64,000 nucleotides of DNA from an uncultured Thermoleophilia bacterium (GTDB taxonomy: Bacteria; Actinomycetota; Thermoleophilia; UBA2241): positions 32,001-96,000 of the forward strand of contig CAVPCT010000009.1 in the NCBI GenBank assembly GCA_963702475.1, written 5' to 3'. Of this stretch, positions 11,111 to 20,343 are shown in pieces (positions within the stretch are counted from its first letter, which is position 1; the number at the start of each line of letters is the position of its first letter). The position numbers and the translations under genes are program-made. Below the pieces are notes generated by a model. The model did not search any database, was not told the origin of the DNA, and was given only the letters and a program-made list of their open reading frames with translations.

Positions 11111-12306
11111 ATGAACCTGGTCGTCTACCTGGCACGTGCCGGCGTCGGTTCGCGGCGCTCGTGTGACGAGCTGGTGCGCGACGGAGCCGTCACCGTGAAC
11201 GGAGAAGTCGTCACCTTTCCACGACAAAGATCGCCGAGGGCGACGTGGTCGCCGTCAACGGCGACCCCGTCGAGCCGCGGGAGCTCAGGTACTTCCTGGT
11301 CAACAAGCCGCGCGGGGTGGCCAGCACGCGGAGCGACCCCCACGCGGACAAGGTCATCGTCGACCTCGTGCCCAACGGGCGCACGCTGTTCCCGGTGGGC
11401 CGTCTGGACGTGGACACGACGGGGCTGCTCGTCCTCACCAACGACGGGGTGCTGGCCAACCGGCTCATGCACCCGCGGTACGGCGTGCCCAAGACCTACG
11501 CGGCCCGGGTGCGCGGCAAGGTGAGCCGCCGGGCCCTGGCCACGCTGCGACAGGGGGTGGAGCTGGAGGACGGTCTCACGGCGCCGGCCGAGGTGAACCT
11601 CAAGAAGCAGAGCTCGAAGACGGCCCTCGTCGAGATCACCATCCACGAGGGCCGCAAGCGCCAGGTGCGTCGTATGTTCGCGTCCGTCGGCCTGCCGGTC
11701 GAGGAGCTCCACCGGCGGCGGTACGGCCCAATCAACGACAAAGGCCTTGAACCCGGCGGCTACCGCGAATTGGCCGGTGACGAGGTCGAGGCGCTGCGCC
11801 GCGCGGGCGAGGAGACCGCGGAGGCCGCAGGTCGTGAGCCGGAGGGCCAGCCCGTGATGCTGGCCGCCGTGGAGGCGCCGCAGGCCGCGGGCGCAGAGAC
11901 CGCGGAGGCCTCAAGCCGCGAGCCGGAGGGCCAGCCCGTGATGCTGGCCGCCGTGGAGGCGCCGTCGGCCGCAGTCGAGGAGCCGCCGGTCGTTGCGGAG
12001 GCGCCGCCGGCCGTCGCGGACGATGCGGGTCGGGAGGAACAGCCGCCTGTGGCGGGCGCCGAGGCGCCCGCCCCGGCCGAAGCGCGACCGGACGAGGCTG
12101 CACCCGGGACGGGCACGGACGACGCCGACGGCGACGCCGGGGAAGCCTGGACCGATGACGACGCGGCCACCGATGACGCCGACGACGCCGACGAGGACGC
12201 GGCGGACGACGAGGTGGCGGACGACCCGGCCCCCGCGCCGCAAGACGACGCGACGCAGGCCGGTCCCGGCCCCGTCGGTCCCGGCGAAGCTGCGGACGGG
12301 CGCTGA
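11111..12306 (+). CDS. rluB: RluB/RsuA-family pseudouridine synthase with long acidic tail (frameshift near 11222)
   Basis: S4 domain YLARAGVGSRR in one frame; NKPRG, PVGRLDVDTTGLL, EGRKRQVRRM in the next. Confidence 0.88.
11801..11968 (+). repeat. 84-nt (28-aa) tandem repeat x2 in the rluB tail
   Basis: ETAEAAGREPEGQPVMLAAVEAP and ETAEASSREPEGQPVMLAAVEAP; gagaccgcggaggcc at 11812 and 11896. Confidence 0.85.
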
Positions 12307-12355
12307 GCGCCATGGGCGCGGGACCGGGCGCGACGGCACAGGCAACGGGGACTCC

Positions 12356-13474
12356 GTGAGCGACGGCCGCGCGCGGAGCATCGCCGTCATCGGCGTCGGG
12401 CTCATGGGCGGCTCGCTCGGCCTGGCAGCGCGCGAACGCGCCGGCGCGGCCGAGGTGCGCGGCTTCAGCCAGACGCGGGCCACGCTCGACCTCGCCCTGG
12501 AGCGCGGCGCCATCACCGTGGCCTGCGACAGCCTGGAACAGGCCGCCGCCGGCGCCGACCTCGTGTTCGTGTGTACGCCGGTGCGTCTCGTCGTGAAGCA
12601 CGTGAAAGCGGCGCTCGCAGCGGCGCCGCCGCACGCCGTGATCAGCGATGTGGGCAGCACCAAGGGGCCGCTCATGCGCGCGCTCAGCCCGCAGGAGCAG
12701 GAGCGCTGCGTGGGCGGCCACCCGCTCTGCGGCTCCGAGACGGCCGGCGTCGGCAACGCCCGCGCCTCGCTCTACGACGGTGCCACCTACTTCGTCACGC
12801 CCGGCGACCACGTCTCCAGCGAGGCGTACCAGCGCCTGTACGGCTTTCTCGGCGACATCGGCGCCCGGCCGGTGGCCGTCGACGCGGAGGAGCACGACCG
12901 CCTCATGGCCGTGGTCAGCCACCTGCCGCACGTACTCGCCAACGTGCTCATGACCCAGGCCGGCCTGCACCCGGGCTCGCGCGACGCCCTCATGTCGGCC
13001 GGCCCCAGCTTCCGCGACCTGACGCGCACCGCCGGCAGCAACCGGCGCGTGTGGACCGACATCTTCCTCGAGAACCGGGCGGCCCTGCTGGCGGCGCTCG
13101 CGACCTTTCAGCAGGGCCTGCAGGAGGTGCTTGAGGCGCTCGCCGCCAACGACGCGGAGCGGCTCGGCCAGACCATCGTCAGGGCGCGGGACCAGCGCCA
13201 GCGCATGCTGGCCGCCGGCAGCCTCGAGCCCAGCGAGCTGCGGCGCCTCATCGTGCACGTGTCCGACCGCCCCGGCGTGTTCAGCGAGATCATGGTGGCT
13301 CTGGGCGACGCCGGCATCAACATCGAGGACCTCTCGATGCACCACATGAGCGCCGAGCTGGGCGGCACGCTCACCGTGTACGTGCAGGGCGCCGAGGCGG
13401 CGGTGCGTGCATCCCACATCCTCGCCGGACTCGGGTACGACGTCATCGTCGGGAGCGTGGAGGACGGGGAGTGA
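12356..13474 (+). CDS. tyrA: Prephenate dehydrogenase with C-terminal ACT domain
   Basis: GVGLMGGSLG, SDVGSTK, GGHPLCGSE, HDRLMAVVSHLPH, SFRDLTR, DRPG ACT motif. Confidence 0.92.
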   Translation: MSDGRARSIAVIGVGLMGGSLGLAARERAGAAEVRGFSQTRATLDLALERGAITVACDSLEQAAAGADLVFVCTPVRLVVKHVKAALAAAPPHAVISDVGSTKGPLMRALSPQEQERCVGGHPLCGSETAGVGNARASLYDGATYFVTPGDHVSSEAYQRLYGFLGDIGARPVAVDAEEHDRLMAVVSHLPHVLANVLMTQAGLHPGSRDALMSAGPSFRDLTRTAGSNRRVWTDIFLENRAALLAALATFQQGLQEVLEALAANDAERLGQTIVRARDQRQRMLAAGSLEPSELRRLIVHVSDRPGVFSEIMVALGDAGINIEDLSMHHMSAELGGTLTVYVQGAEAAVRASHILAGLGYDVIVGSVEDGE

Positions 13475-14130
13475 CGGTCGTGGCGGTCGACGGTCCGGGG
13501 GGTTCCGGCAAGAGCACGGTGGCGCGCCGCGTCGCCGAGCGCCTGGGTTACTTGTACCTGGACACAGGCGCCATGTACCGCGCCGTCGGGCTTCTGGCCA
13601 CGGAGGCCGGCGTTTCGCTGACGGACGAGCCGGCCGTGGTGTCGGTCGCCCGGGGGGCCTGTCTGCACTTCGACGGTGACGGCCGCCTGCTCGCCGGAGA
13701 GCGCGACGTGAGCGACGCCATCCGCACGCTGGAGATGGGGGAGGCCGCGTCTCTGGTCTCGGCCCTGCCCGGCGTGCGCGCCCTGCTCGTGGACGAGCAG
13801 CGCCGCATCGGCCACGGCACCGACATCGTCATGGAGGGCCGGGACATCGGCACCAACGTGTTCCCCGATGCGGAGGTCAAGATCTACCTGACGGCGCGCC
13901 CGGAGGTCCGAGCGGCGCGCCGGGCCGCCGAGCTCCGTGCCAAGGGCGAACAGGCCGACGACGCCACGGTACTGGCCGCGGTCGAGGAGCGCGACGCGCG
14001 CGACTCCACGCGCAGCGTGGCCCCCCTGCGAAAGGCCGACGACGCGGTGGAGGTCGACACCTCCGGCATGACCCTCGACGAGGTCGTGGACGCGGTGGTC
14101 GCGGCGGCGCGCGCGGCGGTGGCGTCGTGA
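13471..14130 (+). CDS. cmk: Cytidylate kinase
   Basis: DGPGGSGKST, LDTGAMYRA, MEGRDIGT. Confidence 0.96.
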   Translation: MTVVAVDGPGGSGKSTVARRVAERLGYLYLDTGAMYRAVGLLATEAGVSLTDEPAVVSVARGACLHFDGDGRLLAGERDVSDAIRTLEMGEAASLVSALPGVRALLVDEQRRIGHGTDIVMEGRDIGTNVFPDAEVKIYLTARPEVRAARRAAELRAKGEQADDATVLAAVEERDARDSTRSVAPLRKADDAVEVDTSGMTLDEVVDAVVAAARAAVAS

Positions 14131-14163
14131 GAGCGCAGGCTTCGGGAGCCGGGAGGTGACCTC

Positions 14164-14832
14164 GTGAGCGTCCCGGTCAGACCGCGTCTGTTCGGGCTGC
14201 CGCTCCGCGGCGACGGCGACAGTCGGCTGTACACGTTCTGTCGCTTCCTCGCCGTGCCGCTGTTCGGCGGGGTGTACGGCTGCCGCTGCCTGGGCGGCGA
14301 CAACCTCCCGCCGTCCGGGCCGGTCATCGTGGCCTGCGATCACAAGTCCTTGGCCGACCCGGTCGTGGCCGGCATGGTCTGCCGCCGGCCGCTGCGGTAC
14401 ATGGCCAAGAAGGAACTGTTCGTGAACCCGTATCTGCGCCGGCTGATCACGAGCCTGGGCGCCTTTCCGCTCGACAGGGGGGCCGGAGACCGCGAGGCGC
14501 TGGTCAGGGCGCTCGACATCCTGAAGGAGGGCGGGCTGCTGCTGATGTTCCCGGAGGGCACGCGGCAGCCGGACGACGCCATCCACGAGTTCTTCCCGGG
14601 AGCCGGGATGATCGCGGTGCGGAGCGGTGCGCCGGTGGTCCCGCTCGCCATGGACGGCACCCAGCGGATGCTGCCGCCGGCCGGCGGTGTGCGCCTGACG
14701 AAGCTGCGCACGGCCATCGGCCCGCCCATCGACCTGAGCGACCTGACGGCGCGCAACAGCAAGACGTACCAGGAGGCGGCGCGGCGCATGCAGCAGGCCG
14801 TGACCGAGCTGTATGCCGGACTCTGGCGCTGA
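14164..14832 (+). CDS. plsC: 1-acyl-sn-glycerol-3-phosphate acyltransferase
   Basis: HxxxxD motif (DHKSLAD), MAKKELF, FPEGTR. Confidence 0.9.
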   Translation: MSVPVRPRLFGLPLRGDGDSRLYTFCRFLAVPLFGGVYGCRCLGGDNLPPSGPVIVACDHKSLADPVVAGMVCRRPLRYMAKKELFVNPYLRRLITSLGAFPLDRGAGDREALVRALDILKEGGLLLMFPEGTRQPDDAIHEFFPGAGMIAVRSGAPVVPLAMDGTQRMLPPAGGVRLTKLRTAIGPPIDLSDLTARNSKTYQEAARRMQQAVTELYAGLWR

Positions 14833-15820
14833 CGCGGCCGAGGGTCGTTGCGCGCCGGCCGGCGGGGCGGGCGAGCCGAGGTCCGCTGAGGGACCGCCGG
14901 ACGGCGAGCCCCGCCGCGAGTACGTGGACGAACGGGAGCGCCGCGCCGAGCTGCGCCAGCTGCGTGCCGGCGACGTGGAGATCGTCGTGGCCCGCTACGC
15001 CGGCTACTGCTACGGGGTGGAGCGGGCCCTGCGCACCACAGAGGAGGCGCTCGAGGGCGCCGTGGGCCCGGTCGCGAGCCTCGGGCCCATCATCCACAAC
15101 CCCACCGTGGTGAAACAGCTCGAGGAGCGCGGAGTGGCGGTGGTCGACGACGCCGATCAGGCGACGGGCGGCACGCTCATCGTGCGCACGCACGGGGTGC
15201 CGCCGGGCGTGGTGCAGCGGGCGCGTGAGCGGCACCTCCAGGTGGTCGACGCCACGTGTCCGTTCGTGGCCGTGGCCCAGCGCAAGGCCGAGAGCCTCAA
15301 GGAGGCGGGCTACGCGGTGGTGATCCTCGGCGAGCGCGATCACCCAGAGGTCGTGGGGCTGCAGGGCTTCGCCGGGCGCGGGGCCGCGGTCGTGGAGGAT
15401 GCGGCCGGGCTGCCGCTCGAGCAGCTGCGCGGCAAGCGCGTCGGCCTCGTGGTGCAGACCACGCAGACGCGCGCCAATCTCAGCAGCGTGGCAGCGGCGC
15501 TGGCGCCGGTGGCGAGGGAGATGCTGGTCTACAACACCATCTGCGACGCCACCGAGAAACGGCAGAGCGCGGCCTGCGAGCTGGCCGCCGAGGTGGACGC
15601 CGTGGTGGTGGTCGGCGGCCGCAACAGCGCCAACACGGCGCGGCTGGCGCAGCTCTGCGAGGGCATGCAGCCGCGCACGCACCACATCGAGTCGGCCGCC
15701 GAGCTGCGGCCGGAGTGGTTCACCGGCGCCTCACGCGTGGGCGTGACGGCCGGAGCCTCCACGCCGGACGAGGAGATCGAGGCCACCGTGCTGGCGCTCC
15801 TGGACCTCTGTGGCTGCTGA
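14813..15820 (+). CDS. ispH: 4-hydroxy-3-methylbut-2-enyl diphosphate reductase (start uncertain)
   Basis: GYCYGVERA, IIHN, RTHGV, DATCPFV, HPEV, QTT, TICDAT, NSANT, TAGASTP. Confidence 0.94.
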   Translation: MPDSGADAAEGRCAPAGGAGEPRSAEGPPDGEPRREYVDERERRAELRQLRAGDVEIVVARYAGYCYGVERALRTTEEALEGAVGPVASLGPIIHNPTVVKQLEERGVAVVDDADQATGGTLIVRTHGVPPGVVQRARERHLQVVDATCPFVAVAQRKAESLKEAGYAVVILGERDHPEVVGLQGFAGRGAAVVEDAAGLPLEQLRGKRVGLVVQTTQTRANLSSVAAALAPVAREMLVYNTICDATEKRQSAACELAAEVDAVVVVGGRNSANTARLAQLCEGMQPRTHHIESAAELRPEWFTGASRVGVTAGASTPDEEIEATVLALLDLCGC

Positions 15821-17153
15821 CGCTGCGGGAGCCCGCCGCCGGGCGGGCGGCCGGGACGCCGTGCCCGCCGGCGGCCTGGTCGTGGCCGCCGTCCATGACG
15901 CCGCGTCGCGCGCCGGGCTCCGTCCCGGCGATTGCATCACCCGCATCGGGGGTGAGGTTCCCGTCGACGTGCTCGACCTGGAGCTGGCGGCGGCCGACGA
16001 CGTCTTCACGCTCACGGTGCTCCGCGACGGACGTTCGCTGGAACTCGCCGTGGCGCCGCGGCCGGGGGAGTGGCACGGAGTGTCGCTCGACCACGACGGT
16101 CTGGGCGACGAGCCGCGCGTGTGTCGCAACCGCTGCCGGTTCTGCTTCGTCGACCAGGTGCCGCGCGGCCTGCGTCCCGCCCTGTACGTGAAGGACGACG
16201 ACTACCGCCTGTCGTTTCTGCACGGCAACTTCACGACGCTGACGAACCTGCGCGAGGCCGACGTGCAGCGCATCCTGGATCTGCGGCTGTCGCCGCTCTA
16301 CGTCTCGCTGCACGCCTGGGACGACGCGGCGCGCGTGCGCCTCATGGGTCGCGCCGCGGCCGGCTCCCGCGAGACGCTGCTGCGTCTCGCCGCGGCCGGC
16401 CTGGAGCTGCACCTGCAGGTCGTGCTGTGCCCGGGCTGGAACGACGGCGACGTGCTGCGCGAGACAGTGGAGCGGACGGCGGCCCTCGAGAGCGTGTCCG
16501 ACCTCGGCGTGGTGCCGGTCTCGCTGGCCGCGGAGGGCGACCTGCGCCGGGTCACGCGGGACGACGCGGAGACGCTGCTCGGCACGGTCGAGGGGTGGCA
16601 GCGGCGCTTCGAGAAGGAGCGCGGCGTTGACTTCGTGCACGCCGCCGACGAGTTCCACCTCTTGTGCGGGCGCGTGCCGCCGCCGAGCGACGCGCCCGAG
16701 CAGTACGAGAACGGCATCGGGATGTCGGCGCTGCTGCTGGAGGAGGCGGCTGGACTGGCGCACGAGGCGGGACTCGCGACCGGCGCGGCGGGCGAGCCGC
16801 TCCGCGCCGTCCGCCTGCTCACCGGCACCCTGGCGGAGCCGGTCGTGGCGCGCGCCGGCGAAGCCCTGCGCGCGCGCCTCGGCGTGCCCGTGCGGCCCTT
16901 CGCCGTGGTCAACGACCTCTTCGGGCCGCACGTCACGGTGACCGGGCTGCTGGGCGGCGTCGAGGTGCTCGCGGCCGTTGGCCGCGACCCGCTCGGCGCC
17001 GGCGAGTGGCTCGTCGCCCCGCGCGTCTTCCTGCCGGAGGCACTCGGGCGCACGCTCGACGATGTCGGCGAGGACGAGTTGGCGGCCGCCTGCGGCGGCC
17101 GCCTGGTCCTCGTCGCCTCGCTCCGTGAGGCGTTTGCTACACTTGCCAGATGA
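15810..17153 (+). CDS. DUF512 putative radical-SAM protein with N-terminal PDZ-like domain
   Basis: CRNRCRFCFVDQ (CxxxCxxC), LYVKDDDYRLSFLHGNF, ADEF, QYENGIG. Confidence 0.88.
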   Translation: MAADAAGARRRAGGRDAVPAGGLVVAAVHDAASRAGLRPGDCITRIGGEVPVDVLDLELAAADDVFTLTVLRDGRSLELAVAPRPGEWHGVSLDHDGLGDEPRVCRNRCRFCFVDQVPRGLRPALYVKDDDYRLSFLHGNFTTLTNLREADVQRILDLRLSPLYVSLHAWDDAARVRLMGRAAAGSRETLLRLAAAGLELHLQVVLCPGWNDGDVLRETVERTAALESVSDLGVVPVSLAAEGDLRRVTRDDAETLLGTVEGWQRRFEKERGVDFVHAADEFHLLCGRVPPPSDAPEQYENGIGMSALLLEEAAGLAHEAGLATGAAGEPLRAVRLLTGTLAEPVVARAGEALRARLGVPVRPFAVVNDLFGPHVTVTGLLGGVEVLAAVGRDPLGAGEWLVAPRVFLPEALGRTLDDVGEDELAAACGGRLVLVASLREAFATLAR

Positions 17154-18492
17154 CTGAACCCACCTCATCCACATCCGCGCCATCCCCGCCGATCCCCACC
17201 GTGGTGGTCGTCGGCTCCCCCAACGCCGGCAAGTCCACCCTCGTGAACCGCCTCGCAGGGTCGCGACAGGCGGTCGTCCACGAGACGCCCGGGGTGACCC
17301 GCGACCGCAAGGAGTTCGAGGTCGAGTGGGAGGGCCGCCTGTTCACCATGGTCGACACCGGTGGGTACGACACCAGCGAGGACGCGCCCTTCGCGGTCCA
17401 CATCCGCGAGCAGGTCCAGCTCGCCATCGCCTCGGCCGACGTCGTGGTCTTCGTGGTCGACGGCCGCGTGGGCCCGCTGGCCGACGACTTCGAGATCGCC
17501 GCGGCGCTGCGGCGGGTCGACGTCCCCGTCGTGCTCGTGGCCAACAAGATCGACGATCCCACGGCGGTGAGCGCCGCCCAGGAGCTGTACCAGCTGGGCC
17601 TCGGCGAGCCGCTCATCGCCTCGGCCACCCACGGTCTCGGCACCGGCGAGCTGCTCGACGCGCTGGTCGCGCTGAGTGGCGCGCGGCGCCCGGACGAGGA
17701 CGCGCCCGAGCTGCCCGGCGAGATCCCCGTGGCCATCGTCGGCCGGCCCAACGCCGGCAAGTCGTCGCTGTTCAACGCCATCGTCGGCGAGCCGCGCACC
17801 ATCGTCAGCGAGATCGCCGGCACCACGCGCGACGCCATCGACACCTGCGTGCAGACGGCCGGCGGCACCTTCCGCTTCATCGACACCGCCGGCATGCGCA
17901 AGGCCGCCAAGGTCAGCGGTGTGGAGTACTACTCCTACCTGCGCAGCGTGCAGAGCCTGAACCGCGCCCACGTGGCCGTGGTCGTGGTCGACGGCACCGT
18001 GCGCTTCGGCGAGCTCGACCTCTCCATCTGCACCGAGGCGGCGCGCAATCACTGCGCCACCGTGATCGCCGTGAACAAGATGGACGTCGCCGAGCCGGAG
18101 CTTGACGACATCGCCGGCATCGCCCGCCGCAAGCTGCGCCAGCGCCCCGAGGTCGTGCCGGTCTCGGCGCAGACCGGCGCCGGCGTGCACACGCTGCTCT
18201 CGGTGATCGCCTCGCTGGAGTCAGCGCTACACCATGCACCTACCCACCGGTGAGCTCAACCGCGCCCTCAAGGCCCTCAGCGGCCGACCGACCCATGCCG
18301 CAGAAGCACGGCAAGCGCCTCAAGATGTACTACATCTCGCAGTTCGGCACGGCGCCGCCGCGGTTCGCCATCGAGGTCAACGACCGCACCCTGCTCACGC
18401 GCGACTACGGATTCTTCGTCGAGAACCGCCTGCGGGCCGCCTTCAGTCTCGAGGGCATCCCGTGCGTCATCGACTTCAAGGGTAAGCGATGA
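17150..18492 (+). CDS. der: Ribosome biogenesis GTPase Der (frameshifts near 18225-18290)
   Basis: Two GTPase domains (GSPNAGKS/DTGG/NKID; GRPNAGKS/DTAG/NKMD); KH domain LKMYYISQ..PPRF..ENRLR in another frame. Confidence 0.93.
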
Positions 18493-19136
18493 TCTTCTGG
18501 ATCGAGGCCGTCGCCTTCGTGGTCATGCTGTTCGTCTCCTACCTGATCGGGTCGATCCCGTTCGGGCTGGTCGTCGGCAAGCTCTTCTACCACGTGGACG
18601 TGCGGCGGCACGGGTCCGGCAACGTCGGCACCACCAACGTCTTCCGCGTGCTGGGCACGAAGGCCGGCGTGGCGGTGCTCGTCCTCGACATGCTCAAGGG
18701 CTACGTGCCCGCGCTGGTCGCGTCGCTGGTCTTCAATCCGTGGTTCACCATCTTCATCGCGGCGGCCCCGGTGGTCGGGCACATGTACTCGATCTTCCTC
18801 AGGGGCCGGGGTGGCAAAGGCATCGCCACCGGCGCGGCCGTGGTACTCGCCCTGGAGCCCAGGGCGTTCGCCGTCATCATCATCGTGTGGATCCTGATGG
18901 TGCTGGTCACCCGTTACGTGAGCCTCGCTTCGCTCACCTCTACCTCCCTGGTGCCGGTGCTCGTCATCTGGTGGGGCGATCCGCTGCCGTACCAGATCGC
19001 GGCCGTGCTGGTCACGATCGTCATCTTCTACGCGCACCGCGGCAACATCGGCCGGCTGGTCCGCGGTAAGGAGCACCGCGTAAGGCTGCCGTGGTCGCGC
19101 AACGGTTCCGCCGTGGCCGGGAGCGGGGGGGTCTGA
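18489..19136 (+). CDS. plsY: Glycerol-3-phosphate acyltransferase PlsY
   Basis: YLIGSIPFG, GSGNVGTTN, GGKGIAT, HRGNIGRL. Confidence 0.95.
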   Translation: MIFWIEAVAFVVMLFVSYLIGSIPFGLVVGKLFYHVDVRRHGSGNVGTTNVFRVLGTKAGVAVLVLDMLKGYVPALVASLVFNPWFTIFIAAAPVVGHMYSIFLRGRGGKGIATGAAVVLALEPRAFAVIIIVWILMVLVTRYVSLASLTSTSLVPVLVIWWGDPLPYQIAAVLVTIVIFYAHRGNIGRLVRGKEHRVRLPWSRNGSAVAGSGGV

Positions 19137-19138
19137 CC

Positions 19139-20128
19139 GTGGACGTCACCGTCATCGGCTCGGGGAGCTGGGGCAGCGCCTTCTCGCGGCTGCTGGTGCG
19201 CAAGGGGCACGGCGTGCAGGTGCTCACGCTCACGCCCGAGGAGGCGGCATACCTCAACGCCACGCACGAGAACCCGCACTTTCTGCCGGGGGTCGCGCTG
19301 CCGCCCGAGGCGCGCTTCGTGGCCATGGACGAGGCCGACCTCTCGGCCTCTGGTCTTGTCGTCTACGCCGTGCCGACACAGGTGGTGCGCCGGGTGGCGC
19401 GGTGGGCCTCCGCCCGCCGCGCTCCGGATTCCCTGCAGCTCTCCCTGGCCAAGGGCTACGAGCTGGGCACGCTCAAGCGCCCCACACAGGTCATAGAGGA
19501 GGAGACGGGGTCGCCGGCGGCCGCGCTCTCGGGGCCCAACCACGCCGAGGAGGTGGGCCGCGACATGCCGTCGGCGACGGTGATCGCGGCCGCCGACGAG
19601 GCCATGGCGGTGGCGTTGCAGGCGGCGGTCACCAGCGACACCTTCCGCGTGTACACCAACGAGGACGTGGTGGGCGTGGAGTTCTGCGGGGCCGTCAAGA
19701 ACCCGATCGCCGTGGCGGTCGGGATGTCTGACGGCCTTGGCTTCGGCGACAACTCGCGCGCCAGCCTGATCACGCGCAGCGTGGCTGAGATGACCCGCCT
19801 CGGCATGATCCAGGGCGCGCACATCGCGACCTTCACCGGCCTCGCCGGGATCGGCGACCTCATCGCCACGTGCACGTCGCGGCACAGTCGCAACCGACTG
19901 GCCGGCGAGCTGCTGGCCAAGGGCCGCTCGCCGGCCGAGGTCGAGGCCGAGGTGGGCCAGGTCGTGGAGGGCATGCCCACGGCGTACGCCCTCCACGACC
20001 TGGCGGGCCGCCTCGGCATCGACATGCCTGTCACCGAGAACGTGTACCAGGTGCTCGAGGGCCGGCGCACCCCGCAGGAGTGCGTCGCCGACCTCATGGG
20101 GCGTACGCCCAAGCACGAGCGGCGCTGA
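19139..20128 (+). CDS. gpsA: NAD(P)H-dependent glycerol-3-phosphate dehydrogenase
   Basis: GSGSWGSA, LSGPNHAEE, GAVKN, GLAGIGDLIATC, SRN. Confidence 0.95.
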   Translation: MDVTVIGSGSWGSAFSRLLVRKGHGVQVLTLTPEEAAYLNATHENPHFLPGVALPPEARFVAMDEADLSASGLVVYAVPTQVVRRVARWASARRAPDSLQLSLAKGYELGTLKRPTQVIEEETGSPAAALSGPNHAEEVGRDMPSATVIAAADEAMAVALQAAVTSDTFRVYTNEDVVGVEFCGAVKNPIAVAVGMSDGLGFGDNSRASLITRSVAEMTRLGMIQGAHIATFTGLAGIGDLIATCTSRHSRNRLAGELLAKGRSPAEVEAEVGQVVEGMPTAYALHDLAGRLGIDMPVTENVYQVLEGRRTPQECVADLMGRTPKHERR

Positions 20129-20343
20129 GGTCGCCGCGGTGGCCCGCGCCAGTGCGCGAGGCCTGCCGCCGGCGACGCCCTTCGTATACGATTGCCGCAT
20201 CTCCGGCGCGCGGTCAGGGGCCGAGACGGCGCCGACGCCCGGTGGGCCGTCGCCGCGACGCGGCGGTCGTCTCGCAGGGCGCCGCGCCTTTCGCGGGCCT
20301 CGCCGCCGGTGCGCCGGCCGGCCTCAGGGAGGGGAGGGTACCG

